IMG/VR virus record: IMGVR_UViG_3300034069_001263
Location: 1-63,818 of that record
Strand: one strand, 5' to 3'
Source: a virus
Length of the DNA: 63,818 nucleotides
Shown: piece by piece, positions 25,005-32,359 of the stretch
Position numbering within the stretch: the stretch's first letter is position 1
Layout of the letters: every line of letters begins with the position of its first letter
The notes under the pieces: generated by a model
Databases searched by the model: none
Told to the model about the DNA's origin: nothing
The model's input: only the letters and a program-made list of their open reading frames with translations
Program-made: the position numbers and the translations under genes

Positions 25005-25328
25005 TTACTTGGCTGCGGGAACGATAAACCAATCAACCCCATCGGCTCCGATCCGGCTTAAAAGCGGAAAGGTTGAAGCGTCGGGCAGGGGCAGGTTCAC
25101 ATAGTGGAAACCGTCGCCTGCCGCGTTGCCGCCGCCGACCCACAGGCCCGACCATCCGAGCTTTTCGGCGCACGCCTTGGCAGCGCGGGTGTGGTTCGCC
25201 TCGACCGCTAAGGCCCGATCCCCATTCAACTGAACGACCGCATTGACCATAACCATGTCGCGCGTGGGATTGGCCTCCGCCATGAACAAGTGGCCGCGAC
25301 GGTAAGAAGTGCTGATACCCTGGCGCAT
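25005..25328 (-). CDS. Hypothetical protein
   Basis: 107 aa; AGGAAAG upstream of ATG 25328. Confidence 0.45.
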   Translation of the reverse strand: MRQGISTSYRRGHLFMAEANPTRDMVMVNAVVQLNGDRALAVEANHTRAAKACAEKLGWSGLWVGGGNAAGDGFHYVNLPLPDASTFPLLSRIGADGVDWFIVPAAK

Positions 25329-25340
25329 GTTCTTTCCTAC

Positions 25341-25355
25341 TTACCATTATGTTGA
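25341..25355. repeat. Palindrome copy (minus orientation TCAACATAATGGTAA)
   Basis: 13 nt upstream of ATG 25328. Confidence 0.65.
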
Positions 25356-25369
25356 GATCGTTGGGACGG

Positions 25370-25927
25370 TTAAATAGCGGTGAGGATTTTATAGCCAAGC
25401 GCCTCCAAGTACTTTAGACCGCTGTCACGAAAACAGGAGCCGTAGCCTTCTTCACCGTCGTAATTCGGATTGGGATGCTTCTCAGGATTGAAGCCGAAGG
25501 TGATGAACTGCGGAACGTAGTTCGCCAGGGAGTAACCACGCGGCGTCTTGAAATCGCGTGGGTAAAGCTTGCGACCCTTGGGCGGCTTGGGCGCGCCGAC
25601 GCGGCTGCAATGATCCGTCATCCTGTGCCCGTCGATATACAGGCCCACCAGGGCGGCCGTTTCCTTGTCGTAACCGTATCCGCCGGCCGATGCGGATTGG
25701 AAGTGCATCGCTTGGCCGTAAGCATCGGTTTGCACTTTCGCCTTATCCTTTTGCGCCGCTTTGAGGGAGCGCGCGACTGCATCGCCCTGCTGGAAAATGT
25801 TCACCAACACATTGCCCGACGCGCCTTGATGTACCTGAACGGTCGCAACAACTTTACCATTCTTCATGATGATCTTGGCGGAGACAGCGCGTCCAGCGGC
25901 GGTTTCGTTTACATACTTGCTCATCAT
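25370..25927 (-). CDS. Hypothetical protein
   Basis: 185 aa from ATG 25927 (MMSKYVNE...); the upstream part of ORF 25370-26146 is repeat-derived and was trimmed. Confidence 0.5.
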   Translation of the reverse strand: MMSKYVNETAAGRAVSAKIIMKNGKVVATVQVHQGASGNVLVNIFQQGDAVARSLKAAQKDKAKVQTDAYGQAMHFQSASAGGYGYDKETAALVGLYIDGHRMTDHCSRVGAPKPPKGRKLYPRDFKTPRGYSLANYVPQFITFGFNPEKHPNPNYDGEEGYGSCFRDSGLKYLEALGYKILTAI

Positions 25928-25998
25928 CCGATTCCCTCTTTGAAAGTCACACTCCGCATAACGCACACTCATTCGCATGTGTCCACATAATGTTGACA
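25928..25998 (-). promoter_or_regulatory. Control region copy A: palindrome plus two GAGTGTG iterons plus SD
   Basis: The minus strand reads TGTCAACATTATGTGGACACATGCGAATGAGTGTGCGTTATGCGGAGTGTGACTTTCAAAGAGGGAATCGG-ATG; near-identical to 27777-27852. Confidence 0.7.
25982..25996. repeat. Palindrome copy TCCACATAATGTTGA
   Basis: Part of control region copy A. Confidence 0.8.
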
Positions 25999-26000
25999 CT

Positions 26001-26171
26001 CTACGCATTATTTTCCGGTTCTGAGGTCTCCCAAGGGCGAGGCCGAAGCGTGCCCCACGCCAGCGCGCGAACGGTGGCGGGTAGCGGCCGGATCTCGCCC
26101 AAGCGAAACCCTTCGGCGCGGCGAATGCGGTCGCGCTGCAGTTCAAGGTCGGCGGTTTGTTGAGCGGTCAT
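26001..26171 (-). CDS. Small hypothetical protein (56 aa, below the ORF-track cutoff)
   Basis: Hand translation MTAQQTADLELQRDRIRRAEGFRLGEIRPLPATVRALAWGTLRPRPWETSEPENNA; ATGA overlap with the upstream gene. Confidence 0.3.
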   Translation of the reverse strand: MTAQQTADLELQRDRIRRAEGFRLGEIRPLPATVRALAWGTLRPRPWETSEPENNA

Positions 26172-26371
26172 CCTAGTAGCTCCTCAAACTGAATGGGGTC
26201 CATCACGGGCGTTCCGCGGCGGCGGCGCTGGCCCATGGCTTGGCACACCACGCACGCGCCCGATCGGGTGAAGCGTTCGCCCGTGTGGCCCTGTGTGCAC
26301 GGGGCGCCCTGGTAGCGTGGGGCTCCGACCTTTCGCGCTTCCAGGCGGGTGGGGATCGCTACGCGGGACAT
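26168..26371 (-). CDS. Small zinc-ribbon-like protein with acidic-LLG tail
   Basis: 67 aa from ATG 26371; YQGAPCTQGHTGERFTRSGACVVC; ends IQFEELLG. Confidence 0.45.
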   Translation of the reverse strand: MSRVAIPTRLEARKVGAPRYQGAPCTQGHTGERFTRSGACVVCQAMGQRRRRGTPVMDPIQFEELLG

Positions 26372-26547
26372 CACCGAGTCAGCGCCGATAGCGCCAAGTG
26401 AAGGTGTGACGCGGCGCGTTCGAACCGTTGCGCGTCGGCTTCGGTTGTCGGGTGGCCTGGCGATACCTGAAGCGCCTTGGCGACCGCGGCAAGGTAGACC
26501 GTTGCTTCGTTGGTCGCGACGGCGCGGCGTTGTGAGGGGGTGGCCAT
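26371..26547 (-). CDS. Small hypothetical protein (58 aa, below the ORF-track cutoff)
   Basis: Hand translation MATPSQRRAVATNEATVYLAAVAKALQVSPGHPTTEADAQRFERAASHLHLALSALTR; TGATG overlap downstream. Confidence 0.3.
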   Translation of the reverse strand: MATPSQRRAVATNEATVYLAAVAKALQVSPGHPTTEADAQRFERAASHLHLALSALTR

Positions 26548-26550
26548 GGC

Positions 26551-27147
26551 TCAGCACGCCTCCCGCTGAAGCTGGCGGAGGCGCTGCATTTCCGCCTCAA
26601 ACGCTTTGCGATGCGCGGGAGTCATGCGCTGGTAGACCTGCAGGCGATAGACAGGGTCACCCGGCCCCATGCTGCGACCGTAGATACCCTCCAGTTCCGC
26701 CAGCAAATCCGCGTATTCGTCGGGGCGCGCCGCCTTGGTGCGGCTATACCAGTTCCATGCCGCGCCGCCGTGCTGGCCCACGTGGGCGTAAACGGTCAGA
26801 TGACGGCCCGTCTGATCGTGGGGCAGAGTCGGGAACACGGCGGTGACCTCGCCCTCCGACTTGCGGAAGATAACGGGAAGCGTCTCGACCTCCACCAATG
26901 ACGTATAACGCTGGCAGTCGGACGCCATGGTTGCGGGCTGGCGGGGCAGGGCGCGCAAAGCGTCATGGTTCCACATGAAGCCCGCATCCTCGCACGTGGA
27001 AGGCGCCACGCCCTGCAGGCATTCGACAACGAAAGCATCCGCGGCGGCGCGCTCGTCGTCCTCCAAGGCGGAACCATCGCCGTTGATGAGGTAGGTGGCC
27101 CATGCGCTCGGGGCAGTGGCGGTGATCGGGGTGAGGTTCATCGTCAT
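26551..27147 (-). CDS. Hypothetical protein
   Basis: 198 aa; first gene after a palindrome copy (GGAG-TT-ATG). Confidence 0.5.
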   Translation of the reverse strand: MTMNLTPITATAPSAWATYLINGDGSALEDDERAAADAFVVECLQGVAPSTCEDAGFMWNHDALRALPRQPATMASDCQRYTSLVEVETLPVIFRKSEGEVTAVFPTLPHDQTGRHLTVYAHVGQHGGAAWNWYSRTKAARPDEYADLLAELEGIYGRSMGPGDPVYRLQVYQRMTPAHRKAFEAEMQRLRQLQREAC

Positions 27148-27150
27148 AAC

Positions 27151-27165
27151 TCCACAATGTGTTGA
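27151..27165. repeat. Palindrome copy (minus orientation TCAACACATTGTGGA)
   Basis: The right half supplies GGAG 2 nt before ATG 27147; preceded by CAGTC. Confidence 0.8.
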
Positions 27166-27178
27166 GACTGAGAGCGCG

Positions 27179-27517
27179 TCAACGCTGGTAGAAAGCCACC
27201 ATCCGCTCCCCCACGGTGTCCGATCGCTCGCCCGGCTGCAGGACGTGATAGGCGAGCGTGGCGCCCGTGGTGGCGTCGAATAGCTCGACGGCGGGAACGA
27301 CCTGGCCAGCGGCGTTCGTCACCGTGGCGGGGCTGTAGTCGAGGGTTCGGGCGCGGTTGGTGACGCAATTAGAAACTGCCCATTCGGCGGCAAACGCGAG
27401 AATATCGTCGCGCATTCCAGGGTGCACGTTGGCGATCTCGCGTACGCGTGCACCACTAGCTCCGGCTTCAAGTTCCTCATGTAAATCAAATAGAATGCTG
27501 TCTCGTTCATTCGACAT
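27179..27517 (-). CDS. Hypothetical protein
   Basis: 112 aa from ATG 27517; GGAGG upstream. Confidence 0.45.
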   Translation of the reverse strand: MSNERDSILFDLHEELEAGASGARVREIANVHPGMRDDILAFAAEWAVSNCVTNRARTLDYSPATVTNAAGQVVPAVELFDATTGATLAYHVLQPGERSDTVGERMVAFYQR

Positions 27518-27609
27518 TACCAGCCTCCACCCGTGAAGATGCTGACAATCGGAGCCATGCAGCCCACGGTGATGAGGGCGCAAAGCGCGTAAATAAAGCG
27601 CTCGTTCAC
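27517..27609 (-). CDS. Possible 30-aa membrane micropeptide
   Basis: Hand translation VNERFIYALCALITVGCMAPIVSIFTGGGW; GTGA and TAATG overlaps with neighbours; very short, so weakly supported. Confidence 0.2.
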   Translation of the reverse strand: MNERFIYALCALITVGCMAPIVSIFTGGGW

Positions 27610-27776
27610 AGCGTGAACCCTTCCCAATCGAAGGCCGACTGAGTGGCAATAGCGGAGCTACGCTCGACCATAAGACGGAACGCGTTCTGCCAGTCGGCTT
27701 TGCAGGACTTGCTCGGCTCATCGTTGATTTCGATCAGGGTTAGATCGCTGTCCGATGTCTGTTGAACCGTAGCCAT
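27606..27776 (-). CDS. Small acidic hypothetical protein
   Basis: 56 aa from ATG 27776 (MATVQQTSDSDLTLIEINDEPSK...). Confidence 0.4.
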   Translation of the reverse strand: MATVQQTSDSDLTLIEINDEPSKSCKADWQNAFRLMVERSSAIATQSAFDWEGFTL

Positions 27777-27852
27777 CGTCCCGAGTCCCTCTCTGAAAGT
27801 CACACTCCGCATAACGCACACTCAACGCGGTGTGTCCACACAATGTTGACAG
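27777..27852 (-). promoter_or_regulatory. Control region copy B: palindrome plus two GAGTGTG iterons plus SD
   Basis: The minus strand reads CTGTCAACATTGTGTGGACACACCGCGTTGAGTGTGCGTTATGCGGAGTGTGACTTTCAGAGAGGGACTCGGGACG-ATG. Confidence 0.7.
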
Positions 27853-28078
27853 AGAGGGCGAGAAATAACGCACACTCACGGCGGGGCGACGGCGCCGAAA
27901 GTCACACTCAACGCTCGGCGCTCGGCGCTCGGCGCGAGACAACATCGAAAGTCACACTCAGCGGACGGGGTGGGCTGCGAGGAGCAAGCTTCGGTGCGAC
28001 GGCGCTGCAGCGCTGAAAGTCACACTCATAACGCACACTCATGCGGGCAAAGTCACACTCATAACTCACACTCATTGT
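27795..28078. repeat. Iteron family A field: GAAAGTCACACTC and ATAACGCACACTCA direct repeats
   Basis: GAAAGTCACACTC at 27795, 27897, 27947, 28015, 28048 (CAAAG variant), with outliers at 25942 and 28566; (A)TAACGCACACTCA at 27811, 27865, 28028, 28061; inverted GAGTGTGCG at 28184; GCTCGGC x3 tandem at 27914-27934. Confidence 0.85.
27835..27849. repeat. Palindrome copy TCCACACAATGTTGA
   Basis: Part of control region copy B. Confidence 0.8.
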
Positions 28079-28228
28079 ACTGGTGTGTTGTGACAGTGCT
28101 ACAGCTAAGTCATTGGCAACGGGCCCCAATCCGGCTCTGGACACGTCGGGGGCGGCGCTGAGCCGTCCTCCTCGCAACATTCTGAGTGTGCGCTAAGGCC
28201 AAATGAGATCTGTCAGGAGCGATTTGCT

Positions 28229-28560
28229 CTATGTGACAGGGTGACAGGCTCATATGGACCCAGTCACACCCCAGTCACAGCATATTTGCCGGTTTTCCGG
28301 GCAGGATGGCATCTATGTGACAGGGTGACAGCAATTTCTTAGAAGTTTGTCGTCTGAAGGGGGATATTCGATTAGCCGTACGGCAATGTTGTGGAAGTGC
28401 TGCTAGGCCAAATGAAAATACCGCCTGTGGGGAAACTTATAGGAAGGCCGAAAAAGCTGTCACCCTGTCACATTGAGTAGTAAGCTACTGTAATTATTCA
28501 TGAAAAGCTGTGACAGGGGGTGTGACAGGGGGTGTGACAGGGTCGGACCCTGTCACATAG
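28229..28560. repeat. Iteron family B field: TGTGACAGGG direct and inverted repeats
   Basis: Identical 19-mers CTATGTGACAGGGTGACAG at 28229 and 28313; inverted copy at 28457-28473; TGTGACAGGGGG x2 plus TGTGACAGGG at 28509-28542; 12+12 palindrome at 28533-28557; CAGTCACA x2 at 28261-28279. Confidence 0.85.
28332..28508. other. AT-enriched spacer inside iteron field (candidate DNA-unwinding element of a replication origin)
   Basis: Runs such as aatttcttagaagtttg, aaatgaaaatacc and taagctactgtaattattcatgaaaag in an otherwise GC-rich genome; flanked by family B repeats in opposite orientation. Confidence 0.45.
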
Positions 28561-28589
28561 AGCACGAAAGTCACACTCACCTGCAGTTA

Positions 28590-29318
28590 TCAGAGTCCGC
28601 CCTGACTTAGCGCAACCATGCGATCCATCCCGAATGCGATCTCGAAAACGAGACACGGCTTGAAGCCTGGCACCTCCGGGAAGTCGGTCCGGCGCGACGT
28701 GGAAGCGACCTCGCGCCAATCGCCGTTGTCCAGCCTACACTCGATGTCGGTCGTCTCCGTGGCGTAGGGCGGCAGGCGGTCCGAAGGGATGAGCCGCGTC
28801 TCCAAGCCGGTCAGGCGCTGAACGACCGGCACGAGAGCCTCGCGGATCGGTATCGCGATCTCAGCCTTGGTATCGGCCGCGTGGATGAGCTGCAGTTCGA
28901 GCTGGGTGAAGGCGTTGAGCCGCAGCTTCGCCGCGGTGGCGCCGTCCGTCGTCTCGCGCCGGTGGGAGTAGCCCATCTGCCAGACGCAAAGCGGAGGCTT
29001 CAGCTTGGTGGTGCGCATGATCTGGACTGCCGTCGCGTAGGTGCCGTCCGTCGTCTCTGCTCGCAGCGCGTAAGGATTGGTGCCGCCGGGCGGATCGGTC
29101 AGCATGAACACGTCCGAACGGTCGTAGGCTGCCGACATGCGCGCGAGCGGCATCATCGGTGGTGTCTCGACCTCCTCAAACGCCCACATCTGGTTGATGT
29201 CAGCCAGGGAGACCTGCACCGTGTCGAGGATAGTGTCGCGGATGCGGCGGCGGAGATGGAGCTCGCGCTGGCGCCAGAAGCGCAGGCCGGCAAGGTCGTC
29301 GTAGAGGGCGTAAGACAT
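28590..29318 (-). CDS. Class II aminoacyl-tRNA synthetase-like catalytic-core paralogue (HisRS/HisZ-like), no anticodon-binding domain
   Basis: 242 aa. Motif 1-like FEEVETPPMMPL. Substrate loop ALRAETTDGT. Motif 2-like WQMGYSHRRETTDGATAAKLRLNAFTQLELQ. Motif 3-like FEIAFGMDRMVAL. Assignment by eye only. Confidence 0.6.
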   Translation of the reverse strand: MSYALYDDLAGLRFWRQRELHLRRRIRDTILDTVQVSLADINQMWAFEEVETPPMMPLARMSAAYDRSDVFMLTDPPGGTNPYALRAETTDGTYATAVQIMRTTKLKPPLCVWQMGYSHRRETTDGATAAKLRLNAFTQLELQLIHAADTKAEIAIPIREALVPVVQRLTGLETRLIPSDRLPPYATETTDIECRLDNGDWREVASTSRRTDFPEVPGFKPCLVFEIAFGMDRMVALSQGGL

Positions 29319-29342
29319 GGCGGCGCGACTAGCGCCGTGCGG

Positions 29343-31874
29343 TCAACCCGCCAAGCCCTGGCGTTGCAGATACCCTTCGTCGCCAAACAGGGAATAGAAT
29401 CGCTGCTGCCCGTGCCGCGGGAAGCGCTTCCGACCGCTGCCTATGGTGCAGAGGTGCCAATCCGGAACGAGCGCCATTGCCCGCCCAAGGCTTTGCGAAG
29501 CCACCTGGTTGTACGTTTTCACGTCGTTGCCGAGGCAGTCGGTCCATACCTCGATGAGGCAGGTCTCAGTACGCAGCCTCGGCTTGCCGTCCTCAGTCAG
29601 ATCGTCGTCGATGCTGCCGGTGTTGATCGGCTGAGACAGCCACTCGGCAATACGGCCAGCGGTGGCATCGTCGGCGCTCTCGACCCTCCGGGACTCTTGG
29701 AGCCGTGCGGCTGTGACTAGGGCTTCGCGCTCGGATAGGTAGAGCGGCAGGATGCCGGAGGGCTGTGTCGCGCGCATCGCCCGGTACAGCACAAGGGCTT
29801 CGGCCCATAGCTGGTTGAGGTTCAGTTCGAGCCGCGGAATGTCGATCTCGCCGTCGAGTTGGCACGGCATCGGCCACCAGCGGCGCGCGCCCGTGTCATC
29901 CTTGAGGTAGCGCTTGTCATTGGTCGAACCCAAGAAGATGCACTGCCGCGGGAACACGCCCGCCCGCCGCGCATAGGCCAGCCGGGCCTTGTCATGGGTA
30001 CGCGACATGAATGCCTTGATCGTCTGAACCTCGCCGCGCTGGAAGCCGGAAAGTTCAGGTATTTCCATGATCCAGGCACCTTGCATCGCCTCGATCATTT
30101 GCTTTTGATCGTGAAAGTCGCCGTCGAGTTCGGCAAACCAGCCGTGACCGAGCGTCTTGATGAAGGTGGACTTGCGCTTACCTTGCAGACCTTCAAGAAT
30201 GACGGCGAAGTCGAACTTGTGGCCGGGCTCGTAGATCCTGGTAACTGCCGCGATCAGCATGAGGCGCGACACGGATCGGCTATAGCTGTCGTTCGGGGCG
30301 CCGACGTAGTCGTGGAACAACGTCTCGACCCTGGCAGTGCCGTCCCATGTGTGGCTTTCGAGGTATTCGCGCACGGGATGGAAGGAGTGGTCGGTCGCGG
30401 CGAGTACGATCGAGGCCTTGAGATCCCGGTCGGTGACTTTCACACCGTAGCCACCCTGCGTCTTGGGTGCCTCCATGATCGAACGAACAGCATAGTCGCG
30501 ATCCTCCGACCATAGGTCTCCGTTCAGTTCGTCCTTCACCTGCCACACGCGGCCGGCGAGCTGGCGCGTTTGCTTTGCGGGATTGCTGCGAAGGTTCGGC
30601 TTGCTGCCAGGCTGCGTGCGCTGGACAGGTTCGAGCGTGAACTCGTTAAGCTGGGGCAGGCCTGCGAGACGTAGGTCGTTGCGGACCATCAACTCGACGT
30701 TATGCAGCGTCGGCTTGATTGCCCCTTCATCATTCCGGTCAAGCAGGCTCAGCCAGCCCCCCTTGGCGGAGATGGTGTCGTCATCGTCGTCGTCCGCGCC
30801 GCCGAGGAGATCGATGTCGGACTTTGGGGGCGGGACTTCGGCGGGGGCGTCGGCGCCGAGCAGGTCGTCGAAATCAGCCGGGGCCTCGTCATCAGCATCT
30901 TCGAACGCATCAACGAACGCCGCCGTTCGCGCGTCCTGGGCCCACTCTACCACCGTTGCCATGGTAACAGGCTTGCCGCGGTAGCGACCAAACGACTTCC
31001 ACTTCACGCGCCGCATCTCGCGCACCTGCTTGTCGCCGGTGAACTTGGTCGAGCGCTTGGTGTGTTTCAGCCAGAGATCGAAGCCTTCGTCGCTGCCCCC
31101 GAATTGGTGGTGCAGCGCCTGGCCGATACGCAGCCAGTCGTTGTAGTGCAGCTCGCTGATGTTGATCGCGCTCAGCGTTCGTTCGAGTTGGTCCCCCTTG
31201 AAGGTCAGAGGTTCGCGCGTTTCGAATTCGTACGTGGCGTGTTCAACCAATGACAGGCGTTCAATCGCCGAAGAGGATACAAACGGCCCAACGCCCAACT
31301 CCAACAGCGTGAAGTCGAGCTCGCGAAGCCAGCGATAAGGCTTACCGCTTTCGGGGTGGATGCTAGGCGGAACGACGACCTGCTTACTGGTGCCGTAGAG
31401 TTCCACTTCCCAATCGTACGACCATCCCTCTTTCCCGTCCTTGACGCGCTTATGCTTGCCGGGGCTGGTTGCCAGCAGCTTGGACCGGAAGGGTTTGTCG
31501 AGAATGAGGTAAAGATGCCGAGACTCGCCACCTGAGCCCGATTGGACGCACGGCAGTTCGGAGATGTTCACGTCTGGGAACAAGGCGCGGACCGCGTCCC
31601 ATGCCTCGTCTTTAAGGTCGTCAATCCTAATGTCGATGTCGAGGACATGGAGAAAGCCACCCGCGACTTGCGAGGGCTCACCTAGTCGAACGCCAACATT
31701 ATAGTTCGACTGATGTGATAAGCTAAGCTGCTCATGCGAAAGCACCGCGCTTTCGGACCAACCTGCTATGACAGGTCGCTTGTCCCGTGCTTTGAGCCAA
31801 TGAAGCGCGAAACCGGCAGCACGCAACGGCTCGACGGCGGCAAGCATGGCAGTGTCGAAGTCGTTGCGGCTCAT
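29343..31874 (-). CDS. Bifunctional primase-polymerase (Prim-Pol) / PriCT-2 / VirE-type P-loop helicase
   Basis: N-terminal GFALHWLKARDKRPVIAGW; PriCT-2-like YNDWLRIGQALHHQFGGSDEGFDLW; Walker A LEGLQGKRKST; acidic linker with two DxxLLG peptides. Confidence 0.85.
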   Translation of the reverse strand: MSRNDFDTAMLAAVEPLRAAGFALHWLKARDKRPVIAGWSESAVLSHEQLSLSHQSNYNVGVRLGEPSQVAGGFLHVLDIDIRIDDLKDEAWDAVRALFPDVNISELPCVQSGSGGESRHLYLILDKPFRSKLLATSPGKHKRVKDGKEGWSYDWEVELYGTSKQVVVPPSIHPESGKPYRWLRELDFTLLELGVGPFVSSSAIERLSLVEHATYEFETREPLTFKGDQLERTLSAINISELHYNDWLRIGQALHHQFGGSDEGFDLWLKHTKRSTKFTGDKQVREMRRVKWKSFGRYRGKPVTMATVVEWAQDARTAAFVDAFEDADDEAPADFDDLLGADAPAEVPPPKSDIDLLGGADDDDDDTISAKGGWLSLLDRNDEGAIKPTLHNVELMVRNDLRLAGLPQLNEFTLEPVQRTQPGSKPNLRSNPAKQTRQLAGRVWQVKDELNGDLWSEDRDYAVRSIMEAPKTQGGYGVKVTDRDLKASIVLAATDHSFHPVREYLESHTWDGTARVETLFHDYVGAPNDSYSRSVSRLMLIAAVTRIYEPGHKFDFAVILEGLQGKRKSTFIKTLGHGWFAELDGDFHDQKQMIEAMQGAWIMEIPELSGFQRGEVQTIKAFMSRTHDKARLAYARRAGVFPRQCIFLGSTNDKRYLKDDTGARRWWPMPCQLDGEIDIPRLELNLNQLWAEALVLYRAMRATQPSGILPLYLSEREALVTAARLQESRRVESADDATAGRIAEWLSQPINTGSIDDDLTEDGKPRLRTETCLIEVWTDCLGNDVKTYNQVASQSLGRAMALVPDWHLCTIGSGRKRFPRHGQQRFYSLFGDEGYLQRQGLAG

Positions 31875-31916
31875 ATACTCGCCTTGATCGCGTGAAACCC
31901 AGTCGAGAGGGTCCGA

Positions 31917-32216
31917 TCAGGCAAGGAAAGGCACGAAGTCGGAGAACTCCACAGGCTGAGTGCCGTTTGCGTGCAGTACAGCGAGGTTGCGAGTGGTACG
32001 GGCAAGCTCGACGAGGCGCTTGGCGTTGCGGGTGTTCACCGAGCCGGCCCGCAGCCAGCGATAGATGATTTCGCGGCTGATCTTGAGTTCCTTGGCCACC
32101 GCAGCGACGCAAAGACGCGGCGAGTCAGTCGTGGAGTCGATCAAAAAGCCCGGCAGCGCCGCCACGAGAGCCTTGTAAAGCGGTCCTTGCGCCCACTCTG
32201 CCGCTTCGCTCGCCAT
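31917..32216 (-). CDS. Cro-like HTH regulator
   Basis: 99 aa; HTH VAAVAKELKISREIIYRWLRAG; first leftward gene at the divergent switch region. Confidence 0.6.
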   Translation of the reverse strand: MASEAAEWAQGPLYKALVAALPGFLIDSTTDSPRLCVAAVAKELKISREIIYRWLRAGSVNTRNAKRLVELARTTRNLAVLHANGTQPVEFSDFVPFLA

Positions 32217-32272
32217 CCGTCACGCGCTCCATGCTTCTACCACCGTGCTTCTATGCTCGGATGGCGTGAACG

Positions 32273-32287
32273 TCAACATAATGTTGA
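32273..32287. promoter_or_regulatory. Perfect palindrome TCAACATAATGTTGA in the divergent early switch region
   Basis: Centre of the 143-bp gap between 31917-32216 (-) and 32360-33016 (+). Confidence 0.85.
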
Positions 32288-32359
32288 AACTATGCGTCGG
32301 TTAGGCTTATATGAAGCCGACTCGCCGGCGGATCGGCGGGACTTTCGAAGAGGAACCGC

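Noticed and set aside
27908-28180. 90-aa ORF (and 28498-28719) inside the iteron field
   Set aside because: The peptide repeats (MSVSYECDF, MSVRYECDF) are simply translations of the DNA iterons. There is no SD and no coupling to neighbours.
27795-28578. Possible CRISPR array (repeated GAAAGTCACACTC)
   Set aside because: The repeats are only 13 nt long and the spacing is irregular (33 to more than 500 nt). Two different repeat families are mixed with inverted copies, and there are no cas genes. An iteron or operator field fits better.
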